NCBI GenBank assembly: GCA_024644005.1
Contig: JAHELU010000001.1
Coordinates: forward strand, 1 to 53,842
From: Acidimicrobiales bacterium
Lineage (GTDB): Bacteria; Actinomycetota; Acidimicrobiia; Acidimicrobiales; SZUA-35
Length of the DNA: 53,842 nt
Reading direction: 5' to 3'
Made by a program: the position numbers and the translations under genes. The notes beneath the pieces are model-generated. The model searched no databases and had not been told where the DNA came from. It saw only the letters and a program-made list of their open reading frames with translations. The first letter of the stretch is position 1. Every line of letters starts with the position of its first letter. Shown piece after piece: positions 36,706 to 44,702 of the stretch.

Positions 36706-36720
36706 CTGCGCCTCCGGACC

Positions 36721-37482
36721 TCAGCGCTCCCTGGATCTCGTCCAGCGACAGAACAGGAAGTCGTCGTCTGTCCACACCCGGTCGAGTCGCATGCCCCGGG
36801 GCGGCCCGGACGGCAGTGGTCCGATGGCCGCCCGGCGGGAGTCCGCCGCCAGCAGGTGGGGCGAGAGCGACAGGTTCCACTCGTCGACGAGGTCCTCGTC
36901 GATCAGCTGGCCGTTCAGGGACGGACCGCCCTCGGCGAGTGCGGTCCGGGCCCCGTGGTCGAACAGCACGGCCAGGGCGGCCGCCAGCTCGACGCCGTCC
37001 TCGCCGACCTCCACGATCTCGGCCACCGGCTCGAGCGCTCGGCGCCGGTCGGCCGGCGCCGACCGGGCCGTCAGGATGTAGGGCCGGTTCTCGGGATCGC
37101 CGAACAGCGGCAGGTCGGTGTCGAGGCTGAGACTGCGGGTGACGACCGCCAGACGGGGGTCCGGGGCCTGGCCCCTGGCGCGCCGCTGGGCTCGCCGCTC
37201 CTCGCTCTGTCTGGGCGGGCGATACCGCTCCTCCCTGGCAGTCGTCGCGCCGACGAGGATCACGTCGGCCACGGCCCGCAGCGCGGCGAACATCGCCTTG
37301 TCGGCTGTCCCGCCGAGCTGACCGGAGACCCCGTCGACCGTCGTGCCGCCGTCGGCCGAGACGACCATGTTGGTGTACACCCACGGTCGCCCGGCAGGCG
37401 CCGGTCGAGACTCGGCGGCCACGGCCCGGTCCGGCTCGATCGGGCCGTCGGCGTCGAGCCCATCGGGGTAGAGTTGGATCAT
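36721..37482 (-). CDS. RibD C-terminal-domain / dihydrofolate-reductase-like reductase
   Basis: NMVVSADGGTTVDGVSGQLGGTADKAMFAALRAVADVILVGATTAREERY. Start is at internal Met 59 of the track ORF. Confidence 0.8.
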   Translation of the reverse strand: MIQLYPDGLDADGPIEPDRAVAAESRPAPAGRPWVYTNMVVSADGGTTVDGVSGQLGGTADKAMFAALRAVADVILVGATTAREERYRPPRQSEERRAQRRARGQAPDPRLAVVTRSLSLDTDLPLFGDPENRPYILTARSAPADRRRALEPVAEIVEVGEDGVELAAALAVLFDHGARTALAEGGPSLNGQLIDEDLVDEWNLSLSPHLLAADSRRAAIGPLPSGPPRGMRLDRVWTDDDFLFCRWTRSRER

Positions 37483-38030
37483 CGGTCTGCACGGTCTCCG
37501 TCGCTCGGGGGCTGCTGGCGCCGGCCGGGTCCCGTTGCGCCGGCCCGGCCACACTCGAGAGTGTACGGCCGACGTCGATCCCATCGCCGGGCTCGGCCCG
37601 CCTCCCGGCACCATCTCGGGGCCCGCCGTTGCCGCTCGGCGTGCTCGCCGGCGCACTGCCGGTGACGGTCAACAGCCAGACCGGCGCTATCCACCGGGAT
37701 TCGTGACAATCCCCACGAAATCCACAGCGTCATCCTCTTTCCATCCACAGTGAGAAGTGCGTAGTCTTCGTACCGGTGCCCGCGTGGGGCAACGATGTTG
37801 TGACGGAGGTCGGGTGTAGGGGCATCAGTATTGTTGGGCTCGTGGCGGTCGAGCCCTTGGGTTCGAAGCTGCGTCACGGGAGTATCCACTCCGCAGACGT
37901 CGGCCCCGTTCAGCGGCGAACCTTGACCTGCGGTCCTCACTCGGCTTCCGTCATGATTCGAGACGTCCCACCGGGCTGGCCAACGACGAAGGAGTCGCCG
38001 CCGGACATCCTCGATTTCTTCTCCTCTCCA

Positions 38031-38060
38031 TTGACACGGTCGTAATTACAGTGGTGTAAT
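38031..38060 (+). promoter_or_regulatory. Candidate nrdJ promoter: -35 TTGACA (38031-38036), 18-nt spacer, -10 TGTAAT (38055-38060)
   Basis: The -35 is a perfect match and the -10 matches 5 of 6 positions. NrdR boxes begin 4 nt downstream. Confidence 0.6.
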
Positions 38061-38063
38061 GAT

Positions 38064-38079
38064 GGACCACATCTTGTGC
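38064..38079. promoter_or_regulatory. NrdR box 1 (GGACCACATCTTGTGC)
   Basis: About 10 of 16 matches to the ACACAATATATTGTGT-type consensus as I recall it. It overlaps the predicted transcription start. Confidence 0.45.
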
Positions 38080-38104
38080 GTCGCTCCGATGGGGCCGGCG
38101 GTAA

Positions 38105-38120
38105 GCACAAGATCTAGTGT
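38105..38120. promoter_or_regulatory. NrdR box 2 (GCACAAGATCTAGTGT)
   Basis: About 13 of 16 matches to the same consensus. It lies 41 bp (about four helical turns) from box 1. Confidence 0.6.
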
Positions 38121-38704
38121 TCGTTTGAACGCGTGAATTGCATTTGCAGAGATTGCACCGCAGTCGGATGCCCCGCAGCCTGCCCACTCGATCGGTCACC
38201 CGTTCGGACCACGCAACCGCAGGACATCTGACCGCAGTACAACGGACCGCAGGGTCCGTCCCCGGGCACCATCGGGGGACGGACCGAGCGAGACACTCGT
38301 CCACAGCGGGTACTCGATCGAGTGCTCAGACCGACTCCCCGGAGTCGATGTGCGAGGTCACGTTGCGAACCAGAGAAATCGGATCAGCGCACAACGGCTG
38401 CCCGGGTAAACCGAGCGTCGGCTGGTCGAGAGTCCCGTCCCCGAGAAACCCGTCCCGCCGAGCAACCTGTACGACCATCCAACGACATCCGACCACCCGG
38501 CGACCAGAGAGCCCGCCGGAGATCAACCGCCGGCGACAACGGCAACCGCAGCGATACCGGCAGTGGCACCGCCGGCCCAGCAGCGGTCCGTGCTGGCAAC
38601 TGCAACACCGGTAGCACCACAGCATCGTCAACGACTCGTCATCCGCCACCCGCCCGCTTCGCCGGACACGGTGCCGGACGACCGGACAGAAAGAGAACCA
38701 CCCA
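38121..38704 (+). other. Long structured nrdJ 5' leader
   Basis: No credible ORF. 15-nt periodic ACCGCAG repeats. 11-bp perfect stem at 38253-38263 / 38275-38285. Palindrome ACTCGATCGAGT at 38312-38323. Confidence 0.5.
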
Positions 38705-41515
38705 ATGGCGCTCGCATCTGAGCAGACTCGCATCGGCCTCCGCCGCCACTTCACGACCGCCGGGGTCGACCCGTACGACACGGTCACCTGGGAGCAGCGC
38801 GACGCTCGGATCGCCAACTGGAAGACCGGCGAGGTCGCCTTCGAGCAACTCGGCGTCGAGGTGCCGGACTTCTGGTCGGTCAACGCCACCAACATCCTGG
38901 CCCAGAAGTACTTCCGGGGAACCCTCGGCACCGACGAGCGGGAGACCTCGCTGCGGCAGGTGGCGGATCGGGTCGTCAACACCATCACCAAGTGGGGGAT
39001 CGAGGACGGCTACTTCGAAGCGGCAGAGGCCGAGATCTTCAACGACGAGCTTCGGCACCTGATCATCCACCAGATGGGGGCGTTCAACTCGCCGGTCTGG
39101 TTCAACATCGGCGTGCGGGGCGTGCCCCAGCAGGCCTCGGCGTGCTTCATCCTGTCGGTCGAGGACAAGATGGACGCCATCCTCAACTGGTACGTCGAGG
39201 AAGGCACCATCTTCAAGGGCGGTTCAGGCGCCGGCATCAACCTCTCGAAGATCCGCTCGAGCGTGGAGCACCTCAAGGGCGGCGGGACGGCGTCCGGCCC
39301 GGTGAGCTTCATGCGCGGCGCCGACGCATCGGCCGGCACGATCAAGTCCGGGGGCAAGACCCGGCGGGCGGCCAAGATGGTCATGCTGGACATGGACCAT
39401 CCGGACATCGAGGAGTTCATCTGGTGCAAGGCCACCGAGGAGCGCAAGGCACGCGTCCTGCGGGAGGCCGGTTTCGACATGGACCTCGACGGCTCCGACA
39501 GCCACTCCATCCAGTACCAGAACGCCAACAACTCGGTCCGGGTGACCGACGAGTTCATGCAGGCCGTCGTCGACGACGGCGACTGGGAGCTGACCGCCCG
39601 CACCACCGGCCAGGTGGTGCGCACGGTCAAGGCCCGAGACCTCATGCGACAGTTCGCCCAGGCCACCTGGGAGTGCGCCGACCCCGGCATGCAGTTCGAC
39701 TCCACCATCAACCACTGGCACACCTCGGCCAACACCGGCAAGATCAACGGCTCGAACCCGTGCAGTGAGTACATGCACCTCGACAACTCGGCATGCAATC
39801 TGGCCAGCCTGAACCTGCTGCGGTTCCTCCGTGACGACGACACGTTCGACATCGAGGGCTTCAAGGTCGCGGTCGAGCACTTCTTCACCGCCCAGGAGAT
39901 ACTGGTCGGCCGGGCCGACTACCCCACCGGTCCGATCGGCGAGACATCGCTGGCCTTCCGTCAGCTCGGCCTCGGCTACGCCAACATCGGGGCCCTGCTC
40001 ATGAACCTCGGGCTGCCGTACGACTCGCCGGAGGGTCGGGCCCTCGCCGCCACCATCACCTCGCTGATGACCGGTCACGCCTACCTGACCTCGGCCAAGA
40101 CCGCCATGCGCATGGGACCACACGACGGCTTCGAGGAGAACGCCGAGCACATGCTGCGGGTCCTCGACCAGCATCGGCAGGCCTCGTTGGACATCCCGGA
40201 CGACCTCGTCCCGGCCGACCTGATCCAGGAGGCCCGCGACTCGTGGGACAACGCCTGCGGACAGAGCGCGCTGTCGGGCGTTCGCAACGCCCAGGCCACC
40301 GTGCTCGCCCCAACGGGCACGATCGGCCTGCTCATGGACTGCGACACCACGGGCATCGAGCCCGACCTCGGTCTCTGCAAGATGAAGAAGCTGGTCGGCG
40401 GTGGCACGATGACGATCGTGAACCAGTCGGTGCCGCGAGCGCTCCGCCGGCTCGGCTACGACGACGAGCAGATCGAGGCCATCACCGCCTACATCGACGA
40501 GCACAAGTCGATCATCGGCGCCCCCGGGCTGCAGTCCGAGCACACTGCGGTGTTCGCCTGCTCGATGGGCGACAACCCCATCCACTATCTCGGTCACGTG
40601 AAGATGATGGCGGCGGTCCAGCCGTTCATCTCCGGTGCGATCTCCAAGACGGTGAACATGCCGGAGGACGTGACGGTCGAAGACGTCGAGCAACTGCACA
40701 TCGACGCCTGGCAGATGGGGGTCAAGGCGATCGCCATCTATCGCGACAACTGCAAGGTGGCCCAGCCGCTCTCGATGGCGAAGAAGGACGATGCGGCTGA
40801 CCGCGGGCCGACCGACACGGTCGAGACCGTGCCGGAGCCGGAACCGAGGATCGTCTACAAGCCGGTCCGCGAGCGGCTGCCCCGAGATCGTCGCTCCCGG
40901 ACCTTCGAGTTCCGCGTCGCCGACTGCAAGGGCTTCGTGACCATCGGCGAGTACGACGACGGTCGACCGGGCGAGGTCTTCCTCCGGGTCTCGAAACAGG
41001 GCTCCACCCTGGCGGGCATCATGGACGCGCTGGCGATCTCGCTCAGCCACGGGCTGCAGTACGGGGTGCCGCTGCGGACCTACGTCGAGACGTTCACCGG
41101 CATGCGGTTCGAACCGGCCGGCATGACCGACGATCCCGACATCCGGATCGCCAGCTCGATCATGGATTACCTGTTCCGCAAGCTGGCGGTGGCCTATCTG
41201 AGCTACGAGGAACGGGCATCGCTCGGGATCTTCACCACCGGGGAGCGGACCCAACAGACGCTGCCCGGTGTCGATGAAGTGGTGACGTCCTCGCCCGGCG
41301 AGCTGCCGGTCGACCCGCCGTCGATCGAATCGGCCGCCGATCTCGTGGCTGCCATCGACGCCGTCGGCAGCGACGACGTGAGCACTGGCGCCATGAGCAC
41401 GGACCCGGTGGCCGACCCGGACGCACCGATCTGCATGCAGTGCGGCATCACCATGCAACGAGCGGGCAGCTGTCACGCCTGTCCGGGGTGTGGCAGCACC
41501 AGCGGGTGCTCATAG
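38705..41515 (+). CDS. nrdJ: Adenosylcobalamin-dependent (class II) ribonucleotide reductase
   Basis: 936 aa. Active-site region GSNPCSEYMHLDNSACNLASLNL and C-terminal Cys cluster CMQCG...CHACPGCGSTSGCS. Confidence 0.95.
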   Translation: MALASEQTRIGLRRHFTTAGVDPYDTVTWEQRDARIANWKTGEVAFEQLGVEVPDFWSVNATNILAQKYFRGTLGTDERETSLRQVADRVVNTITKWGIEDGYFEAAEAEIFNDELRHLIIHQMGAFNSPVWFNIGVRGVPQQASACFILSVEDKMDAILNWYVEEGTIFKGGSGAGINLSKIRSSVEHLKGGGTASGPVSFMRGADASAGTIKSGGKTRRAAKMVMLDMDHPDIEEFIWCKATEERKARVLREAGFDMDLDGSDSHSIQYQNANNSVRVTDEFMQAVVDDGDWELTARTTGQVVRTVKARDLMRQFAQATWECADPGMQFDSTINHWHTSANTGKINGSNPCSEYMHLDNSACNLASLNLLRFLRDDDTFDIEGFKVAVEHFFTAQEILVGRADYPTGPIGETSLAFRQLGLGYANIGALLMNLGLPYDSPEGRALAATITSLMTGHAYLTSAKTAMRMGPHDGFEENAEHMLRVLDQHRQASLDIPDDLVPADLIQEARDSWDNACGQSALSGVRNAQATVLAPTGTIGLLMDCDTTGIEPDLGLCKMKKLVGGGTMTIVNQSVPRALRRLGYDDEQIEAITAYIDEHKSIIGAPGLQSEHTAVFACSMGDNPIHYLGHVKMMAAVQPFISGAISKTVNMPEDVTVEDVEQLHIDAWQMGVKAIAIYRDNCKVAQPLSMAKKDDAADRGPTDTVETVPEPEPRIVYKPVRERLPRDRRSRTFEFRVADCKGFVTIGEYDDGRPGEVFLRVSKQGSTLAGIMDALAISLSHGLQYGVPLRTYVETFTGMRFEPAGMTDDPDIRIASSIMDYLFRKLAVAYLSYEERASLGIFTTGERTQQTLPGVDEVVTSSPGELPVDPPSIESAADLVAAIDAVGSDDVSTGAMSTDPVADPDAPICMQCGITMQRAGSCHACPGCGSTSGCS

Positions 41516-41530
41516 CGCGCGCGGGCCAAC

Positions 41531-41643
41531 GCGGTATCCGGTCGGTTTCGACAGGCGCTCTTTCGACGGGCGCTCGATCGAGACCGCTGGATACCGCACC
41601 GGCCCGGTTCGGCCTCGTATGAGCCAGAGCGGGCCGAGGCCGA
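41531..41643. terminator. Two stem-loops in the nrdJ / DUF1996 convergent gap
   Basis: GCGGTATCC (41531-41539) pairs with GGATACCGC (41589-41597), enclosing a 15-nt direct repeat TTCGAC(A/G)GGCGCTC. TCGGCCTCG (41609-41617) pairs with CGAGGCCGA (41635-41643). There are no U-tracts. Confidence 0.35.
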
Positions 41644-41713
41644 GCAGATGCGAGCCCTGACCCACCGGTGAGCGCAGTGCCGAGGGCCGGTCGAGGTCGA
41701 CGACCCCGAGCGG

Positions 41714-43342
41714 CTACGGCAACGGCAGGAAGTTGTTGCCCTGGTAGGTCTGCAGGGGGTTCAGCCTGGCGAACATCCGGGCGGTGCCGGTCTGACCGTA
41801 GGAGCAGTTCCTGGCGCGCTTCATGCAGCCGTTGATCCACAGGTCCATGGCGTCGTCGTTCCAGCCGCCGAACCAGTCGGCATGCAGGGTTGCGCCGGGG
41901 CCGGTGTTGAAGCCGTTCGACCGGTCGGACGACAGGTACCACCCGTTGGTGTTGCCAGCCGGGAAGTACACGAGGATGGAGATCTGGGGGAGTCGGACCG
42001 GATGGCTCCCCGGGCACGACTGGTTGTCGTTGACGTAGGTCATGTGGGAGGAGTGGTCAGGTGCGTCCAGGTTCTTGCCGTCCCAGCAGAACGGGAACTG
42101 GATGTAGAAGTTGACCGGATCGCTGCCGCAGTTGTTGGGAATCCGGTTCGACTTGTTGTACGACGTGCCGCTCGGCCCGCAGGACCAACCGAGCTTGTAG
42201 TCGGCGGTGAAGGACTCCTTGGTCGGGTTGCCGGCGATCATCTTCAGGCCTTGGGGCATGCGCTGGACCTCGCCGGGATGCTTGGTCTTGTAGTAGAGGA
42301 TGATCTGGTCCGGCACGACCGCATTGCCCTTGCCGTCGAGCAGCGCCGGGGTCCAGTAGCCCGAGCGGTTCAGCTCGAACCCGTTGCAGCTGCCGCCACC
42401 GGAGTTGACCAGGCTGTTGGTCGTGGTGTGGGCGTTGACCTTCGTGTTGCCGAAGAACATGTGGAGGTGCGACTTGCCGGGCTGGCCGGGGAAGACGATC
42501 GGATCGTCGTAGGAGAAGTGGGAGTAGTTGCAGGCCATCCGGAAGTTGCCGTCGGGATGGGCGCCGTTGTCCGGCACCGGGGCCGGGATGGTGAGCGCAT
42601 CCATGCTGATCTGGCTCGCCGGGACGTTCTCGTACCGGTTGAACAGCGGGTCCCGGTTGCGGATCGCCTCGAACTGGGCTTCGGTGCCCTTGCTGGCCGG
42701 GGCCGCCGGAGGGCTGGTGGTGGGGGCGGCGGTGGTCGGGGCTTTGGTTGTCGGGGCGGCGGTGGTGGGGGCGGCGGCTGCGCCGGTTGTGTTGCTCTTC
42801 GCCGCCGTGCCGGCTGTGGTCTCTGCCGCCGTGCCGGCTGTGCTCTCTGCCGCCGTGCCGGCTGTGGTCTGGGCGGCCGTGCCGGCTGTGGTCTCTGCCG
42901 CCGTGCCGGCTGTGGTCTGGGCGGCCGTGCCGGCGGTGCTCTCTGCCGCCGTGCCGGCTGTGCTCTCTCCCGCTGCTCCGGCAGGGGCCGGACCCTGGCC
43001 GGGCAGCCGGGCGGAGCCGTCGACGAGGCCGGTGATCCCGTTCGCCGAGATCGAGGCCGGCGAATCGGCCGGACCATCGAGGCCGCCGCCGGCGGAGCCG
43101 ATCGACTGCCCGACGTCGGCCCGCACGACGAGCGGGTCCCCGCTGTTGCCGGCACCGGGCAGGTCCAGCGAGGGCCCGACGTCGCCCGCAGATGACGATT
43201 CCGTGGCGAGGGGGGCGGAGGCCGTCTCGATCCGTTGGCCGTCCTCGAGCTCCTGCCCCGACGAGTCGACGACGACGAGGGTCAAGGTCAATCCTGCGGT
43301 GAATGCCACACACAGTGCGGCCAGTCCCGAGCTCGGTGACAT
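41714..43342 (-). CDS. Secreted/anchored DUF1996-domain protein with Thr/Ala-rich repeat linker
   Basis: Signal-anchor MSPSSGLAALCVAFTAGLTLTLVVV. Repeat (A/E/Q)(S/T)TAGTAA x7. C-terminal domain with YDDPIVFPGQPGKSHLHMFFGN. GGGGAAGG is the RBS before the ATG at 43342. Confidence 0.75.
   Translation of the reverse strand: MSPSSGLAALCVAFTAGLTLTLVVVDSSGQELEDGQRIETASAPLATESSSAGDVGPSLDLPGAGNSGDPLVVRADVGQSIGSAGGGLDGPADSPASISANGITGLVDGSARLPGQGPAPAGAAGESTAGTAAESTAGTAAQTTAGTAAETTAGTAAQTTAGTAAESTAGTAAETTAGTAAKSNTTGAAAAPTTAAPTTKAPTTAAPTTSPPAAPASKGTEAQFEAIRNRDPLFNRYENVPASQISMDALTIPAPVPDNGAHPDGNFRMACNYSHFSYDDPIVFPGQPGKSHLHMFFGNTKVNAHTTTNSLVNSGGGSCNGFELNRSGYWTPALLDGKGNAVVPDQIILYYKTKHPGEVQRMPQGLKMIAGNPTKESFTADYKLGWSCGPSGTSYNKSNRIPNNCGSDPVNFYIQFPFCWDGKNLDAPDHSSHMTYVNDNQSCPGSHPVRLPQISILVYFPAGNTNGWYLSSDRSNGFNTGPGATLHADWFGGWNDDAMDLWINGCMKRARNCSYGQTGTARMFARLNPLQTYQGNNFLPLP
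42801..42968 (-). repeat. 24-bp in-frame tandem repeat x7 inside the DUF1996 gene
   Basis: Units of GCCGCCGTGCCGGCTGTGGTCTCT and variants start at 42801 and recur every 24 bp. Confidence 0.9.
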
Positions 43343-43693
43343 CGTTGACAACCTTCCCCTGCGACTCGATCCGCCCGGATCGCCCCTTGTTTGTAACGGA
43401 GGACTGCTCATCTCGCAACCTAAACGCAATATTAGCCCCCGGGTTTTTACCTAGGCGCGGATCCTCGCCAATCCGGGCCGAGGTGGTGCGGTCGGTGGCG
43501 TCGGGAGGCCCGGCCGGCGCTCTGAGCCGGTACCGTTCTCTGGGACCCGTGCGCAGCGGCGAGCACCAGCGATCGCCACCCTGTTCCGAGTCCTCGCCCA
43601 GCCAGCAGCCACGGTTGGACGGGGACCCGGCAATCGTGTGGCGGATCGGGTTGCAGCCGTCCGTGGGCGGGTCGAGGACCGGGAAGGACCAGC

Positions 43694-44662
43694 ATGCAGC
43701 CAGTTGATGTCGTCGGTGTCGGGAACGCGATCGTCGACGTCTTGGCCACGACCACGGACGACTTCGTGGCCTCCCAGAACCTCGAGAAGGGCTCGATGTC
43801 GCTCATCGACGCTGCCAGGGCCGCTGAGCTCTACGGGCTGATCGGCGATGCGGTCAAGGCCTCCGGCGGCTCGGCGGCCAACACGATGGCCGGGGTCGCA
43901 TCGTTCGGCGGCACCGCCGCCTACATCGGCAAGGTCAGCGACGACGAGCTCGGCAAGGTCTTCGCCGTGGACATGGCCTCGATCGGCGTGTCGTTCGACC
44001 AGCCGCCAGCGACGGAAGGACCATCGACCGCGATGTGCCTGGTGCTGATCACCCCGGACGCCCAGCGGACGATGAGCACCTATCTCGGCATCTCGGCGCT
44101 GCTCGAACCGGCGGACGTCCGCGTCGCAGCGGTGCAGCGGGCCCCGCTGCTGTTCTGCGAGGGCTACCTGTGGGATGTCGAATCGGCCAAGCGGGCCATC
44201 CGCAAGGCCATGGATCTGGCCATCGACATCGGCAGCCGGGTCGCCCTGACCCTCTCCGACACGTTCTGCATCGAGCGCCACCACAGCGAGTTCCTCGAAC
44301 TGGTGGCCGGACCGGTGGAGGTGCTGTTCGCCAACAGGGCCGAGCTCACCACCCTCTACGAGTGCGACCTCGACACCGCGGTGGCCAAGGTGGCGGACCA
44401 GGTGGAGCTGGCCTGCGTGACGCTCAGCGGCGACGGGTCGTGGCTCGTGTCGGACGGCGAGATCATCGAGATCGCACCGGAGCGGGTCGGCCCGGTCGTC
44501 GACACCACCGGTGCGGGCGACCAGTACGCAGCCGGTGTGCTCTACGGCCTCAGCAGGGGGATGAGCCTGCCCGAGGTGGGTCGACTCGGCTCGCTGGCCG
44601 CCGGCGAGGTCATCTCCCATCTCGGGCCACGCCCGCAGCGCCCGCTGTCGAGCTTCCTCTGA
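43694..44662 (+). CDS. PfkB-family adenosine kinase-like carbohydrate/nucleoside kinase
   Basis: VGVGNAIVDVLA...ASGGSAANT...DTTGAGDQYAAG, with GGGAAGG as the RBS. Confidence 0.8.
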   Translation: MQPVDVVGVGNAIVDVLATTTDDFVASQNLEKGSMSLIDAARAAELYGLIGDAVKASGGSAANTMAGVASFGGTAAYIGKVSDDELGKVFAVDMASIGVSFDQPPATEGPSTAMCLVLITPDAQRTMSTYLGISALLEPADVRVAAVQRAPLLFCEGYLWDVESAKRAIRKAMDLAIDIGSRVALTLSDTFCIERHHSEFLELVAGPVEVLFANRAELTTLYECDLDTAVAKVADQVELACVTLSGDGSWLVSDGEIIEIAPERVGPVVDTTGAGDQYAAGVLYGLSRGMSLPEVGRLGSLAAGEVISHLGPRPQRPLSSFL

Positions 44663-44702
44663 CCGGCCCGATCGGGCGGGATCGACCGAGGGGACCGGTC
44701 GG

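Noticed and set aside
37850-37875. tRNA-like T-arm string GGGTTCGAAGC.
   Set aside because: There is no flanking acceptor or anticodon stem complementarity and no CCA-proximal structure. I consider it a chance match.
37479-37940. 153-codon reverse-strand ORF whose TGA overlaps the ATG of the RibD-C reductase gene (ATGA). This could suggest a translationally coupled upstream gene.
   Set aside because: The C-terminal half is Arg-rich junk (RRAPRWCREAGRARRWDRRRP...). My hand count of third-position GC is only about 64 percent, far below real genes here. I recognise no motif. I treat the region as non-coding, but see the finding on 37483-38030.
37776-38045. 89-codon + strand ORF in the GC-dip region, with third-position GC of about 76 percent by hand count.
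   Set aside because: It has no RBS or -10 box at its GTG and no recognisable motif. Its GC3 is still well below the roughly 90 percent seen in neighbouring genes, and it would run through the nrdJ -35. I have not called it, but it deserves a translated search.
38041-38066. Inverted repeat ATTACA-GTGG-TGTAAT as a dif/Xer site or separate operator.
   Set aside because: It does not match the dif architecture of 11-6-11 with a TTATG arm. It is more simply explained as the spacer and -10 of the nrdJ promoter.
38500-38620. Cobalamin riboswitch in the nrdJ leader.
   Set aside because: The only GCCACTG-like string (GTGCCACTGC) lies on the antisense strand at about 38558-38567. The sense strand lacks the GGTG..AA..CC and B12-box cores. 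B12 riboswitches normally control B12-independent isozymes.
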